Position numbers and translations under genes: made by a program. Below the pieces are notes generated by a model. It searched no databases, was not told where the DNA came from, and was given only the letters and a program-made list of their open reading frames with translations. A stretch of DNA of 64,000 nt, from contig CBDCWC010000002.1 of assembly GCA_965223295.1 (NCBI GenBank), positions 160,001 through 224,000 on the forward strand. Reading direction: 5' to 3'. Position 1 is the first letter of the stretch. Each line of letters starts with the position of its first letter. This document shows positions 1 through 9,970 of this stretch, in pieces. The stretch is from Nitrospirales bacterium (GTDB lineage Bacteria; Nitrospirota; Nitrospiria; Nitrospirales; UBA8639).

Positions 1-1099
1 TGGTGCCTTCGTGCAGCTTGATCAGTTCTCGACAGATGAACAAGCCAAGTCCCAGACCAGGAGAGGAAGCTGAAGGATCTTTTTCCACTTGATAAAGGCG
101 TTCGAAAATCCCCGCGAGTTTGGCCTGAGGGATTCCCATACCCGTATCCTGAATTGATATCCGTACTCGGCCTGAGCAGAGTGGATCTTGAGAGGCGAGC
201 ACGAGCACACTTCCAGATTGTTCGGTGAATTTCAGGGCATTATCCACTAGATTGAGGAGAACTTGGCGGATACGTTGAACATCCATTATGACATGTGGGA
301 GATCAGTATCGAGAGACGATTGTAATGTGATGTGTTTAGCCTGAGCTTTTGGTGCCAGATAATCGAGAACCTCGCCGACCAGGGGAACGAGATCTGCTGG
401 TTCTTGTTGTAGGCTCAATTTGCCTGTTTCCAATCGAGTAATGTCATAGAGGTCGTTAATGTTTCGATCTAAATGCCCGCAGCACCCTTGGATGCGCTCA
501 AGAAAATGTGTCTGTTCAGTATCAAGTGGGCCCGAAATACCCTCTAACAGTATATTGGCGAACTCCGAGGCTGCCGTGAGAGGTGTTTTGAGTTCGTGAG
601 CTAATAAGTGATAGAAACGCTGAACCTCTTCTGTTCGTTGTTGGAGTTCTCTATTGGTTTTCTCTAATTGCTGCTGATGGGCAGCTAGTTCGGCTTGTAG
701 TCGAATCTTTTCTATCCCATGAGAAATGGTTCGCTGGAGATTTTCGGAAGAAATATGTTGTTTGGAAAGGTAGTCGCTCGTGCCTGCTTGAAGAGCTTGA
801 GGGACCAATTCTTCGTTGCCATGGCCGGTCAACATGATCATTGGAATATTTGGACACATTGGATGGGTCTCATGTAAGAACTCGATCCCGGTCCGAGACC
901 CCAAGTTATGGTCAAGCAACCCAACATCATATTGCTTCTCTTGAATCCAAGTTAAGCCCGCATCATAGGAACGCGCCCAATCCAGTTCAAAGTGGGGACC
1001 TGGAATTTGTCCGAGAAGCGCTTGAGTAATAATGGCGTCTTCCTCATCATCGTCTACGCGCAACACCTTAATGGCTGTCTTGGTGGTAGGAGTTGCCAT
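1..1099 (-). CDS. Hybrid receiver-histidine kinase (partial, runs off the window start)
   Basis: Not in the ORF track because no stop lies in the window. Hand translation from ATG 1099: MATPTTKTAIKVLRVDDDEED... receiver; H-box LAHELKTPL; N-box NLVDNALKF; G-boxes DTGMGIP and GLGLGLFICRELIKLHEG. Confidence 0.9.
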   Translation of the reverse strand, partial: MATPTTKTAIKVLRVDDDEEDAIITQALLGQIPGPHFELDWARSYDAGLTWIQEKQYDVGLLDHNLGSRTGIEFLHETHPMCPNIPMIMLTGHGNEELVPQALQAGTSDYLSKQHISSENLQRTISHGIEKIRLQAELAAHQQQLEKTNRELQQRTEEVQRFYHLLAHELKTPLTAASEFANILLEGISGPLDTEQTHFLERIQGCCGHLDRNINDLYDITRLETGKLSLQQEPADLVPLVGEVLDYLAPKAQAKHITLQSSLDTDLPHVIMDVQRIRQVLLNLVDNALKFTEQSGSVLVLASQDPLCSGRVRISIQDTGMGIPQAKLAGIFERLYQVEKDPSASSPGLGLGLFICRELIKLHEGT

Positions 1100-1103
1100 T
1101 GGC

Positions 1104-1550
1104 TTAGGCGGCTCCTCGTAGTTCCAGGGCCATCTGGCCCAATTCTTTGATAATGTGTTGATAGTCTTCAAAGTTTTCGGGTTTTGTGATGTAGTCAACC
1201 GCTCCCAAGGTTACAGAATGTTGGATATCCTGGGGGTTGCTGGAATCGGACAACACGACGGTGGGGATGTGCCGCCATTCGTGATGAGAACTAAGTTCTA
1301 GTAATACCTTGCGGCCATCTTTTCGAGGCATATTGAGATCCAGAAGAATGAGCCATGGCCAGGGTAGGTTCTTCATGCCTCGATATCGACGACGCCGAAA
1401 AAGATAGTCCAAGAGTTCTCTCCCGTCATGGACAAATCGCACATCAAATCCTAAATGAGTCTCCTCCCATGCTCGCATCGCGATGAGGCAATCATCCGGG
1501 TTGTCTTCTGCAATTAAGACCATTGGAGTTGTAGCCTGTTCTAACATCAT
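1104..1550 (-). CDS. Stand-alone response regulator (Rcp1-like receiver)
   Basis: LIAEDNPDD, LILLDLNMPRKDG and YITKP receiver motifs; RBS GGAGGAG upstream. Confidence 0.92.
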   Translation of the reverse strand: MMLEQATTPMVLIAEDNPDDCLIAMRAWEETHLGFDVRFVHDGRELLDYLFRRRRYRGMKNLPWPWLILLDLNMPRKDGRKVLLELSSHHEWRHIPTVVLSDSSNPQDIQHSVTLGAVDYITKPENFEDYQHIIKELGQMALELRGAA

Positions 1551-1674
1551 GGTTCAGGGTCTCCTCCGTTTAGTCGGCACACGTGAAATATTCAGGATTG
1601 AGTTGTATTGAAATTCCTCAATTCTCTCTTCTGTTTCATCACTATTCTATGAATGTGGCAGGCAAATGACGGGC

Positions 1675-1707
1675 AAAAAAAAAGCCCATTCTCATTGGAG
1701 AATGGGC
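1675..1707 (-). terminator. Intrinsic terminator in the riboswitch expression platform
   Basis: Minus strand GCCCATTCTC-CAAT-GAGAATGGGC followed by 9 T. Confidence 0.9.
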
Positions 1708-1732
1708 GCAACTGGATTAAGCGAACTGCGGT

Positions 1733-1829
1733 CCAGTGGTAGCTAGGCTAACCGAAATTCGTTACTGCTCGTGACCGGTCCCTTGGCTTTGCGTCCCATC
1801 CTCGCGAATGGTTTGCCTTTTTCACCGTA
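1733..1829 (-). ncRNA. c-di-GMP-I (GEMM) riboswitch aptamer
   Basis: Minus strand CGGTG-AAAAA-GGCAAACCATTC-GCGA-GGATGGGACGCAAAGCCAAGGGACC...GGTTAGCCTAGCTACCACTG: GGCAAA, GNRA loop, GACGCAAAGCC and P1 CGGTG/CACTG match the class-I consensus. Confidence 0.92.
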
Positions 1830-1837
1830 TAGCATGT

Positions 1838-1864
1838 TTATCGGTGTATTCTGACAAAGCTTAA
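1838..1864 (-). promoter_or_regulatory. Putative sigma28 (FliA-type) promoter for the riboswitch transcript
   Basis: TTAAGCTT-N11-ACCGATAA versus consensus TAAAGTTT-N11-GCCGATAA; ends about 9 nt before the aptamer. Confidence 0.65.
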
Positions 1865-1954
1865 TGGAAAGGCTATGGTGAGGAAAACTAACCCAGAATG
1901 AATGAGGGAGAAAGAAGCGTATCTGAGAGGATTCTTGAAAAAAAGCTATGAAGA

Positions 1955-1982
1955 TTAAGTACTTTTTCAAACAAGCCGATAA
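1955..1982 (+). promoter_or_regulatory. Putative sigma28 promoter for the PAS kinase operon
   Basis: TTAAG-N15-GCCGATAA with a perfect -10, 56 nt before ATG 2039. Confidence 0.65.
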
Positions 1983-2038
1983 TTTGTAGAAAGTGAAATT
2001 TTCTAGAAGATTGCAAAATTGACCGTGGTCTGATTGAG

Positions 2039-3970
2039 ATGAAGACATTCCCACCCTCCCTATACACGGTGCCAATCCTTATAACACCCTTTGTGCTGTT
2101 AGGAATTGATATGGTGGCTCCTTTAGGGGTTGCGTTAGGTGTACTCCAGGTCGCAACAGTGTTGTTCACGCTCCCTCTGAAACATCGTCGCTTCACCTTG
2201 TTTGTGGGGGGGCAAACGAGTCTCTGTATTGCACTCGGATATTGGGCCTCGCCAATTGGGGGAGAATCGCTATGGATGGCTCAAATAAATCGGGTGCTTT
2301 CTCTAGGAGTGGTGTGGTCGACGACATGGGTTGTGCTTGGCGTGATAGGCAATGCTTCGCTATTAGAAGGTTTACTCCAAGACGTTAAGGCCGCACGAAA
2401 AGAACTCGGTGAGACAGAGAAGCAATTGCGACAGATTATTGAAGCAGCTCCTAGTGGTATTGTCATGGTTGATCAACAGGGACAGATTACCCTTGCCAAT
2501 GAATTGATTATCCAGCAATTTGGCTATGCGAAAGAGGAAGTCATTGGGCAACCTATTGAGGCCCTTCTCCCTGACCGATTCAGAGAGCAGCATGTGGGGT
2601 TTCGTAAAGAATTTTTTGGTTCTCCTGAGTCTCGAAAAATGGGAAAGAATCGTGAGCTGTGCGGGCAACGTAAGGATGGCGCTGAGTTTCCTGTGGAAGT
2701 GACGTTGGCGCCTATTACGATGGAGGAAGGTTCGTTTGTTTTGGCCGCAGTGGTTGATATCACCGAACGGATCCAGGCGAGAAAAGCATTAATGGAAAGT
2801 GAAGCGCGAAATCGACATATTTTGGAATCAGCCGGTGAAGGTATTTTTGGTCTTGATATGAATGGCCACACCATCTTTGTGAATCCTGCAGCAGGAAGCA
2901 TGTTGGGCTATTCCCCTGAAGAGTTAATTGGTGCTTCAATGCATGACTTGCTCCACCACACGAAATCGGATGGATCGGCATACCCAAGGGAAGAATGCCC
3001 TATATGTGCGACTTTTGTGGATGGCTCCCCTCATCATGTGGAAGACGAGATATTCTGGCGAAAAGATGGGGCCAGTTTTCCTGTGGCCTATTCGAGTAGT
3101 CCCAAACGAGACGAACTCGGTCAGGTGTCTGGCGCAGTCGTGACATTTGCAGATATCACGGCTAAAAAGGAGGTTGAACAGGCTCTCTTGAAACGGAATC
3201 ATGCTCTAAAAGCCAGCAACCAAGAACTTGATGATTTTGCCTATATTGTCTCTCATGATTTGAAGGAGCCTTTGCGAGGCATCCATAACTATTCATCAAT
3301 TATTTTAGAGGATCATAGGGATGGGCTCCCTAATGATGTGCGGACCAGGTGTGAGACGTTGCTTCGATTATCCCAGCATATGGAAACATTGCTTGATTCG
3401 CTTTTGTACTACTCGAGGGATGGCCGATCGGAGCTCGCGATGAAGCCGACGGATCTCGGTTCTGTTGTCCAGAATATTCTGGAGTCACTTGATGTGAGTT
3501 TAAAAGAATGTGGAACTCTCGTAAAAATCTCACAGGATTTTCCCACGCTTTTATGTGACCGTGTCCGAGTGGGTGAGATTTTCAGGAATTTGATTACCAA
3601 TGCCATAAAGTACAACGATAAGTCTGAGAAATGGATTGAAATTGGCTACCGTGAGGATCAATCAGATGTACTTGAGGTTCTATCGCCTCTGGTTTTTTAT
3701 GTTCGTGATAATGGCATTGGTATTCGAAAAAAGCATCTGGATTCCGTTTTTCGGATGTTTAAACGTTTGAATGGGCGGGATAAATTTGGTGGTGGGACAG
3801 GAGCGGGTTTAACCCTGACCAAAAAGATGGTGGAACGTCATGGCGGACGAATCTGGGTAGAATCCACGTTTGGTGAGGGAACCACCTTCTACTTTACGCT
3901 ACAAGGAAGCTACGAAGCTCAAGAGGAACGGTCTCAAGCTATGGAGCCTCTAGAAATTGTTGCCAGGTGA
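2039..3970 (+). CDS. Membrane-bound histidine kinase with two PAS domains
   Basis: N-terminal TM helices; two PAS/PAC (RKDGAEFPVE, RKDGASFPVA); SHDLKEPLR H-box; NLITNAIKY; DNGIGI; GTGAGL. Confidence 0.95.
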   Translation: MKTFPPSLYTVPILITPFVLLGIDMVAPLGVALGVLQVATVLFTLPLKHRRFTLFVGGQTSLCIALGYWASPIGGESLWMAQINRVLSLGVVWSTTWVVLGVIGNASLLEGLLQDVKAARKELGETEKQLRQIIEAAPSGIVMVDQQGQITLANELIIQQFGYAKEEVIGQPIEALLPDRFREQHVGFRKEFFGSPESRKMGKNRELCGQRKDGAEFPVEVTLAPITMEEGSFVLAAVVDITERIQARKALMESEARNRHILESAGEGIFGLDMNGHTIFVNPAAGSMLGYSPEELIGASMHDLLHHTKSDGSAYPREECPICATFVDGSPHHVEDEIFWRKDGASFPVAYSSSPKRDELGQVSGAVVTFADITAKKEVEQALLKRNHALKASNQELDDFAYIVSHDLKEPLRGIHNYSSIILEDHRDGLPNDVRTRCETLLRLSQHMETLLDSLLYYSRDGRSELAMKPTDLGSVVQNILESLDVSLKECGTLVKISQDFPTLLCDRVRVGEIFRNLITNAIKYNDKSEKWIEIGYREDQSDVLEVLSPLVFYVRDNGIGIRKKHLDSVFRMFKRLNGRDKFGGGTGAGLTLTKKMVERHGGRIWVESTFGEGTTFYFTLQGSYEAQEERSQAMEPLEIVAR

Positions 3971-4193
3971 TGTTTAGACCGTATGAGATCTGACGGTTGA
4001 TGAAGGAATGCTCTTTATGGCATCTCAATTTTTCTTTACAAAATACTCTGACTTCTTCTCCCTGTCGCGGTATGGCCTCGAAGAGAGGACAAGGCTGTGG
4101 TGAAGGTGAAGACGTTTGGAGGTTTGTGATGGCCAAGAAAGGTGGCATCACTTTTTTGTTTAATTCCTATTGCAAAACCAGAGAGAATGTACA

Positions 4194-4652
4194 ATGCCAA
4201 TGACTCCCAATCAACCAATTTTACTCGTCGAGGACAATGCAGAAGATTTTGAAACCGCTGTTCGAAGTCTGAAAAAGGCGGGGTTAAAAAATTCTATCTA
4301 TCGATGTCTGGATGGTGAAGATGCTTTGGACTATCTCTACAAACGGGGTGCGTATGGTGAGCCCGGCTCAGCGCCTCGTCCGGGAATTGTGCTGCTGGAT
4401 CTCAACTTGCCTGGGACGGATGGGCGTGAAGTGTTAGAGGAAGTGAAACAAGACCCCGCTCTCAAAACAATTCCTATCGTAGTGCTGACTACGTCAACTG
4501 ACGAGCTGGATATCGAGCGATGTTATCAGGCAGGGGCCAATAGCTATATGCATAAACCCGTCGACTTGGATGGGTTTGTGAGATCCATGGCACGCATGAA
4601 GGACTATTGGTTTGAAGTGGTTATTATGCCGAAGGGAGAGGAGACGACATGA
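4194..4652 (+). CDS. Response regulator (Rcp1-like receiver)
   Basis: LLVEDNAED, LLDLNLPGTDG, LTTS, ANSYMHKP; start moved to MPMTPNQ. Confidence 0.93.
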   Translation: MPMTPNQPILLVEDNAEDFETAVRSLKKAGLKNSIYRCLDGEDALDYLYKRGAYGEPGSAPRPGIVLLDLNLPGTDGREVLEEVKQDPALKTIPIVVLTTSTDELDIERCYQAGANSYMHKPVDLDGFVRSMARMKDYWFEVVIMPKGEETT

Positions 4653-5812
4653 ATCCAGTCCCCCTCTCAATCCTGATCATTGATGATTGTCCAGAAGACC
4701 GTGCGGTATTTGTGCGGTATTTCGAAAAAATGACTGAACGAAATTTTCAGGTCATTCAGACTGATTCAGGCGAAGAGGGGTTAAAATTATGCCGGCAAGA
4801 AAATCCTGACTGTGTACTTATTGATTATCAAATACCCGATCTGGATGGGCTGGAGTTCCTTCAGGCTTTAGCAAAAGATGACAAGTATTGCTTTCTTCCT
4901 GTCTTAATGTTGACGGGGCAAGGGGATGAGAATATCGCGATTGAAGCGATGAAGGCTGGAGCCAGCGATTATTTGGTGAAAGGGAAGCTAACGGCAGAAG
5001 GTTTGTTTCGGGCGGTCACCCGGGCCATTGAAAAATCCCATTTGTTGCGGACCAACGACCAACAGCGTCGGGAAATTGAGCGGTCCTATCATGAGCTGGA
5101 ACAGTTTGCACATACGGCCTCTCATGATCTGCAGGCTCCGATACGTCGAATCACGAAATTTCTTGAACTCCTAAAAATGGATCAGGGAGATGCTCTGAAT
5201 GATCGATCAAAAGACTATTTGGTGCGTGCACTCAAGTGCGCATCTCATATGCAAGGACTGATTCAAGACTTATTAGATTATTCGTTGGTTGGTGGTGCCG
5301 ACAAGGCGTTTCAGCCGGTGAATTTGGAAGAGGTGATGAATGAGGTGTTGTCTCAACTCGACGGGATGATTGCGAAAGCGCATGCCACCATTAACGTCGA
5401 CACTCTGCCCGTCGTGGTAGGCAATCATACATTCTTGTATCAACTATTCCAAAATTTACTAGTGAACGCCATGAAGTTTCGAAGTGAGGACCCACCTCGA
5501 GTCGAGATTTCTGCGCGCGACAGTGGGGACAAATGGGTTCTGACTGTGAAGGATAATGGGGTAGGGATTCCCACGTACGCGTATGACAAAATTTTTGGTA
5601 TTTTTCAACGTCTTGATAATGGGAATCAGGTGGAGGGAACAGGAATCGGGCTTGCCCTGTGCAAAAAAATTGTGGATCTTCATGATGGACGAATTTGGAT
5701 TGAATCTACCGTTCATGAAGGAACCTCGTTTCACTTTACTCTGCCAGCCTGCCTTGAGCATGTTGAAGCGATAATGCATGAAGCCGCCGGCACTGCTAAA
5801 CAGTACGCGTAG
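4649..5812 (+). CDS. Hybrid receiver-histidine kinase
   Basis: Receiver LIIDD...LIDY; SHDLQAPIR; NAMKF; DNGVGI; GTGIGLA; ATGA overlap with the upstream gene. Confidence 0.93.
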   Translation: MNPVPLSILIIDDCPEDRAVFVRYFEKMTERNFQVIQTDSGEEGLKLCRQENPDCVLIDYQIPDLDGLEFLQALAKDDKYCFLPVLMLTGQGDENIAIEAMKAGASDYLVKGKLTAEGLFRAVTRAIEKSHLLRTNDQQRREIERSYHELEQFAHTASHDLQAPIRRITKFLELLKMDQGDALNDRSKDYLVRALKCASHMQGLIQDLLDYSLVGGADKAFQPVNLEEVMNEVLSQLDGMIAKAHATINVDTLPVVVGNHTFLYQLFQNLLVNAMKFRSEDPPRVEISARDSGDKWVLTVKDNGVGIPTYAYDKIFGIFQRLDNGNQVEGTGIGLALCKKIVDLHDGRIWIESTVHEGTSFHFTLPACLEHVEAIMHEAAGTAKQYA

Positions 5813-5888
5813 TGCTCCCAACCCTCAGAAAAAGTTCTTGCGTAAACGAACGCGAGGGCTGGTGTCTTTTAACTCTACTGGGCAGGAA

Positions 5889-6596
5889 TCAAGACATAGA
5901 TTTTTGCGAGATTGAAAATTTATCATCGTTGCTAAAGATGTGTTCACCACCAGCAATCCTTGAAGCTGATGTTTGGGAGTCAGCAGGGAGAGTCTGCAAT
6001 TGAGCTTGTACAACATAGCGCAGCGGCCCGCCTGGGACTAGTGCATCGAATGGATAACAGGTGATGAGTTGTAAGATGGTTTTGTGTTGATCTAACGAAA
6101 GCTTTTTGATTCGACTATCGATGACCTCTATTTTTTCAACCACAAAAGTATGCCATTCTCCTTGAGTCGTCTGGACCTTTATTCTATCCCCTAGCTGCAA
6201 GTCTTGGACAAATGAAAAATGCGTATCACGGTGTCCGCTTAAAATTAAACTCTCCGGATCGGTTCGAAAAAGTTTTCTAGTCCTCACCATCCCAGGCCCA
6301 AAGGCTAAGGATTGTCCGCTCGCATCTGCCAGAATGATTTGATTGATCGCTAATCTTGGAACGACTAGGTGACCGACTGGCGATGTGTCAGCCCATGGCC
6401 ACGGTTTAACTGGCTGGTGCGTCCTCAGTGTCTCCTGCCAAGCATGCTGTAATAGCCACTGTGCCGCGAGAGCTTTGGCCTGAATCCAGAGCCCTTGTCC
6501 AATCAGCCAGCCGCCTAAGACGAATAGCAGACTTGCAACAATCCACACCATGCGATGGGTGGTCAGCGCGTGAGTTGTCGTTTGGTCCAGATCCAT
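5889..6596 (-). CDS. Class GN (marine proteobacterial-type) sortase
   Basis: KALAAQWLLQHAW, KPWPWADT; catalytic His (SGHRDTHF), Cys (LITCYPF), Arg (GPLRY). Confidence 0.93.
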   Translation of the reverse strand: MDLDQTTTHALTTHRMVWIVASLLFVLGGWLIGQGLWIQAKALAAQWLLQHAWQETLRTHQPVKPWPWADTSPVGHLVVPRLAINQIILADASGQSLAFGPGMVRTRKLFRTDPESLILSGHRDTHFSFVQDLQLGDRIKVQTTQGEWHTFVVEKIEVIDSRIKKLSLDQHKTILQLITCYPFDALVPGGPLRYVVQAQLQTLPADSQTSASRIAGGEHIFSNDDKFSISQKSMS

Positions 6597-8656
6597 GCGA
6601 CCCCTATCATGATGCTTCCTATGAATAGGTAAAGGATTGAGGGTGTCGCGGTTTGCGGCCAGCCGAATATCGCTTCGTGTTTCATGCCATCCGGCAAATT
6701 GGTTTTAAGGGCATGGATGTGGAGCCCTTGTGTCTTGGGTCTGGCCGGAGTGACGTCCACGGCCACAAGACTCGTGTAGCGACTCACCAAATGATGTTTG
6801 AGAGCAAGATTGACGATTGATTGTCGGAGGAGAGTGTTGTTGTGTTCTTGAATCCCTTGATCCATGAGTTGTGAGATTTTTTGTTGTCCCCAATGAATAG
6901 CGATGCCACTTCGAGGTTTGGCCGCGTCTATCGACTGGGTGGATTCCCAAGGCCTGCCGGCTTGTTTTCCTGTAATTGTGATCGAAGCAGGAAGGGTTCT
7001 GGTTCGAAAGGCGATGGTTAGCGGTTCTCCGAGATAGAGATCCGGCAATGGGTTTGGAAGGATTTCTTCGAATTCCAAACCTGCAGATTGAATGGTAATG
7101 TCAGTGAGAGCCAGATGCTCTAACTTAAGAAAAAGGCGGTCCATCTTGTCTTGCACTTCAGTGGTTGTGCCAACGTGCGTGAAGGTGCCTTTCCCGAATT
7201 GTGCGGCTTTGTTCATGAAGTAACTGTTGGGTGCAGAGCCGATCCCAACTGTAAAGAGTCGAGCCTCTTGTAAATCTCGTCGTAGCAGAGAAAACAACGC
7301 GTCTTCATTCCCAACCAGACCGTCAGTGATGAAGATGATTTGACAGAGGCGCTGAGGGATGTCTTTGGCGGGCCTATGGGCCAGCGCTTGTTGGAGAGGA
7401 GGAAGCATTTCTGTTCCACCTGAAGCCTGCAGTCCGTTAACATAACGTTGAGCTTCGTGAACGCGCGATTCGGAAACCTGACGAGCCGTGGAGTAGAGTT
7501 GATGGGTGACGGAATTAAATTGAATAATATTGAATGAATCCTGGGGAGACAATCTGGAAAGCGCCAAGGAAAGTGCAGCTTTGGCTTCTTTTAGGGATTT
7601 TCCGGCCATTGAGCCTGAGGTGTCGATGACAAAGACGACTTCTCGTGGAATCCTTGTAAGATCTGAACTTGGAGTCGTAGGTGGCATGAGGTGCATGAAG
7701 AGAAACGTCTCTCCATCGTGTTGCTCCGTAAATAGACTAGCTTGCGGGGTTTCATTGGAAAGAGGTGTCCAGGTCAGTTCAAAGTCTCGATTGGCATGGG
7801 TTATCCCGTTTTTAAGCGAGATTTGGTAAGAGTTGCGGTCTTGTTGAGCAATGGTGATTGGATGGGTAGGGGATTCAATCTTTTGCAGAAGTACGCCTGG
7901 AGCCAAATCGATTCGTAAGTTAATGGGATTGATAAGTCCGTCCGAAGGATGCTGGACAGGTGGAGTGATACGGGAGGCATCTGGAATCTGATCGGTATCG
8001 TACGCCCCTCCGAGATCAGGTTGTGATGAAGAAGAGTCTTGAATCTCCTCAGGCTGTCCGGGGATATAACGCGGGCCAACGACCATGGGAAATCGAAGTG
8101 AAAATCGGCCTTGGTCATATCGCACGTTCTCTTGGTATTCGATGTCGATGGTGATCATGGCGTGAGGGGCAATGTTGGCGACGGATGCCGTAAAGATATT
8201 CGGGCGCTCCTGTTCTACGAGGCTGGTCCGTTGTCCCTTGGCTTTGACCTTAGCATAGGTCTTTTTGGCTTCTGCCCGTTCTCGTATTTGGCCCTCAATA
8301 ATCCGCTCGCCAATTTTCATGCGTAAATGATCCACCGCAGCTTGAGCAGGCAAGGGAAAGACATACACGCCTTCCGCCCATTCATCATCAGGATTGCTGA
8401 ATTGTTGCGACACGATGGTGCGGGCGATGAGTCCGCTAATGGTCTGTGTGACGGTCGTGTGTAACAACGGAGCGGGAATGGGTGGATTACCTGCTCTGGT
8501 TTGGAGGGAAATTCCGCCTTCAAATCTTGTGGGAACTGATTCTTGAATGGGTTTCCGGGTTGATTGCGCGGCAATGGAGGGAAGCGACCATCCTCCAATC
8601 CAGCTGATAAAGAAATAAATTATGAAGAGAAACAGGTGAAACCTTCGGATTGTCAT
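6563..8656 (-). CDS. Sortase target protein (VIT + vWA domains, C-terminal sorting signal)
   Basis: Signal peptide; VIT (EGVYVFPLP, EQERPNIF); vWA MIDAS DTSGSM and FITDG; C-terminal WPQTA + TM + basic tail; adjacent to the sortase. Confidence 0.92.
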   Translation of the reverse strand: MTIRRFHLFLFIIYFFISWIGGWSLPSIAAQSTRKPIQESVPTRFEGGISLQTRAGNPPIPAPLLHTTVTQTISGLIARTIVSQQFSNPDDEWAEGVYVFPLPAQAAVDHLRMKIGERIIEGQIRERAEAKKTYAKVKAKGQRTSLVEQERPNIFTASVANIAPHAMITIDIEYQENVRYDQGRFSLRFPMVVGPRYIPGQPEEIQDSSSSQPDLGGAYDTDQIPDASRITPPVQHPSDGLINPINLRIDLAPGVLLQKIESPTHPITIAQQDRNSYQISLKNGITHANRDFELTWTPLSNETPQASLFTEQHDGETFLFMHLMPPTTPSSDLTRIPREVVFVIDTSGSMAGKSLKEAKAALSLALSRLSPQDSFNIIQFNSVTHQLYSTARQVSESRVHEAQRYVNGLQASGGTEMLPPLQQALAHRPAKDIPQRLCQIIFITDGLVGNEDALFSLLRRDLQEARLFTVGIGSAPNSYFMNKAAQFGKGTFTHVGTTTEVQDKMDRLFLKLEHLALTDITIQSAGLEFEEILPNPLPDLYLGEPLTIAFRTRTLPASITITGKQAGRPWESTQSIDAAKPRSGIAIHWGQQKISQLMDQGIQEHNNTLLRQSIVNLALKHHLVSRYTSLVAVDVTPARPKTQGLHIHALKTNLPDGMKHEAIFGWPQTATPSILYLFIGSIMIGVAWIWTKRQLTR

Positions 8657-8711
8657 GGCAACTCCTCTATGACGGAAGCATGGATGTTCTTAAAGCATCA
8701 GATCTGATAAA

Positions 8712-8902
8712 GGGTCTGTTGAAAAAAGCCGCCAGCAGCGTTCTCGCCATTTTTCCGTGCTCACGTAGAACCAGTACGCTCCGCGCGGAAAAATGGCTGT
8801 GGCCTTGCTGTACAGGCTTTTTTGAACAGACCCGAGGCTGTTGATCGCCATACGTCTCCTGGCGAAATATGGCCCTTGATATCTTCACTATTCAAGACGC
8901 CC
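8712..8902 (-). mobile_element. MITE family A, 191 bp
   Basis: Ends GGGTCTGTTGAA...TTCAAGACGCCC; 5-bp direct repeat ATAAA on both sides (8707-8711, 8903-8907). Confidence 0.9.
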
Positions 8903-8913
8903 ATAAATGAAGG

Positions 8914-8946
8914 CCAGGCTGATCCTCGAACGCTGGATCAGCCTGG
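8914..8946 (-). terminator. 12-bp stem-loop downstream of the OmpA gene
   Basis: CCAGGCTGATCC-N9-GGATCAGCCTGG; weak U tract, so terminator or stabilising hairpin. Confidence 0.5.
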
Positions 8947-8954
8947 GAACAGAC

Positions 8955-9833
8955 TTATGGGAGGGATTCAGTCGCGACTATTGGATCAGCCGCTATCAGT
9001 TCGCTTGAAATTTCTTCTGGATCATCAGGCACATTCTCGGCAATTTTGATGGCCGGAGAATCTATGCTGGAAGGAGATGCGTCAGAAGAGGGATCTTCTT
9101 GAGCCTCAGGTTTCATAGAAAGGATAGGGCTATCCTGTTGGACCTCAGGTTGCGGAAGAAAGGCAACATGGGCGCGTCGGTTCTGCTCGAAACAGTTAGG
9201 AGTTTGGTTTTGGCAGACAGCTCCACCTTTTCCGAAGGATCGTACTTGAATCTTTTCTTCGGGAATTCCAAGAGAGACGAGGTAGGTCTTGACCGATTTT
9301 GCGCGTCTTAGTCCTAGGGCATGATTGTATGAATCCGTCCCTTGTGCATCCGTATGCCCGTCAATCTGAAGGGTTCCAGTCCATTCTTCTCCTAATGCGT
9401 CAATTTTTGTCTTCATGAGATCCTTGGCCTCATTTGATAGAGCCCAACGATTGAATTTGAAATAGACATCTGAGCTTTCTTTGAGCTGAACGTCTGGGGT
9501 GCCAGAGGCATGACTGCCTAGAGAGAGAGAAGGTTCTGCGTTAATGGGAGAGGAGGGTGCGGAGGGAGAGGAAGAATCCGTAGGAGTGGCGAAGGCCTCA
9601 GCCATTTGGAATGTACTGACCTCTTCTGTCGTCTCTTGCGATGCGGTCATTGGTAAGGGTTCGTCATCCGAATATATGAAAACGCCTCCAAGACCTAAGG
9701 TCAGCGTGATAAGCCCGGCAGCTAAGAAGAAGATTTCTTTGCTGTCAGATGGCTGGACTCCTGTTGGTGCTGTTGGTTTTTGTCCTTTTTTCTGTTGTGA
9801 AAAAGTTGATTGATTAGGTGTGAGATTCATCAT
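8955..9833 (-). CDS. OmpA-family peptidoglycan-binding membrane protein (PdsO-like position)
   Basis: TM helix; VYFKFN; IDGHTDAQGTDSYNHALGLRRAKSV; NRRA; acidic Pro/Ser linkers. Confidence 0.9.
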   Translation of the reverse strand: MMNLTPNQSTFSQQKKGQKPTAPTGVQPSDSKEIFFLAAGLITLTLGLGGVFIYSDDEPLPMTASQETTEEVSTFQMAEAFATPTDSSSPSAPSSPINAEPSLSLGSHASGTPDVQLKESSDVYFKFNRWALSNEAKDLMKTKIDALGEEWTGTLQIDGHTDAQGTDSYNHALGLRRAKSVKTYLVSLGIPEEKIQVRSFGKGGAVCQNQTPNCFEQNRRAHVAFLPQPEVQQDSPILSMKPEAQEDPSSDASPSSIDSPAIKIAENVPDDPEEISSELIAADPIVATESLP

Positions 9834-9970
9834 GGGCCTTGTCTCCTTTGTGTAGCTTTCTGTGAGTAATCATGTTGGTACATTTCATTTTTTCTGGTTC
9901 GATCTTTCACGACTCACTCGAAATCTGGTCACCTCCTTTCCGTGGGAAATTGTGAATAGAAATGTCCTAT

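Noticed and set aside
1733..1829. 3'3'-cGAMP-specific GEMM-Ib variant (also considered for 40232)
   Set aside because: Both aptamers have G at the G20-equivalent position (GGCAAA), the c-di-GMP signature.
8667..8888. Recurrent ORF MKISxAIxR...CSKK..QQG (also at 51955, 56514, 58612)
   Set aside because: It is the translation of MITE A: stops fall in unrelated flanks or vary, and some copies break the frame. Not called a gene.
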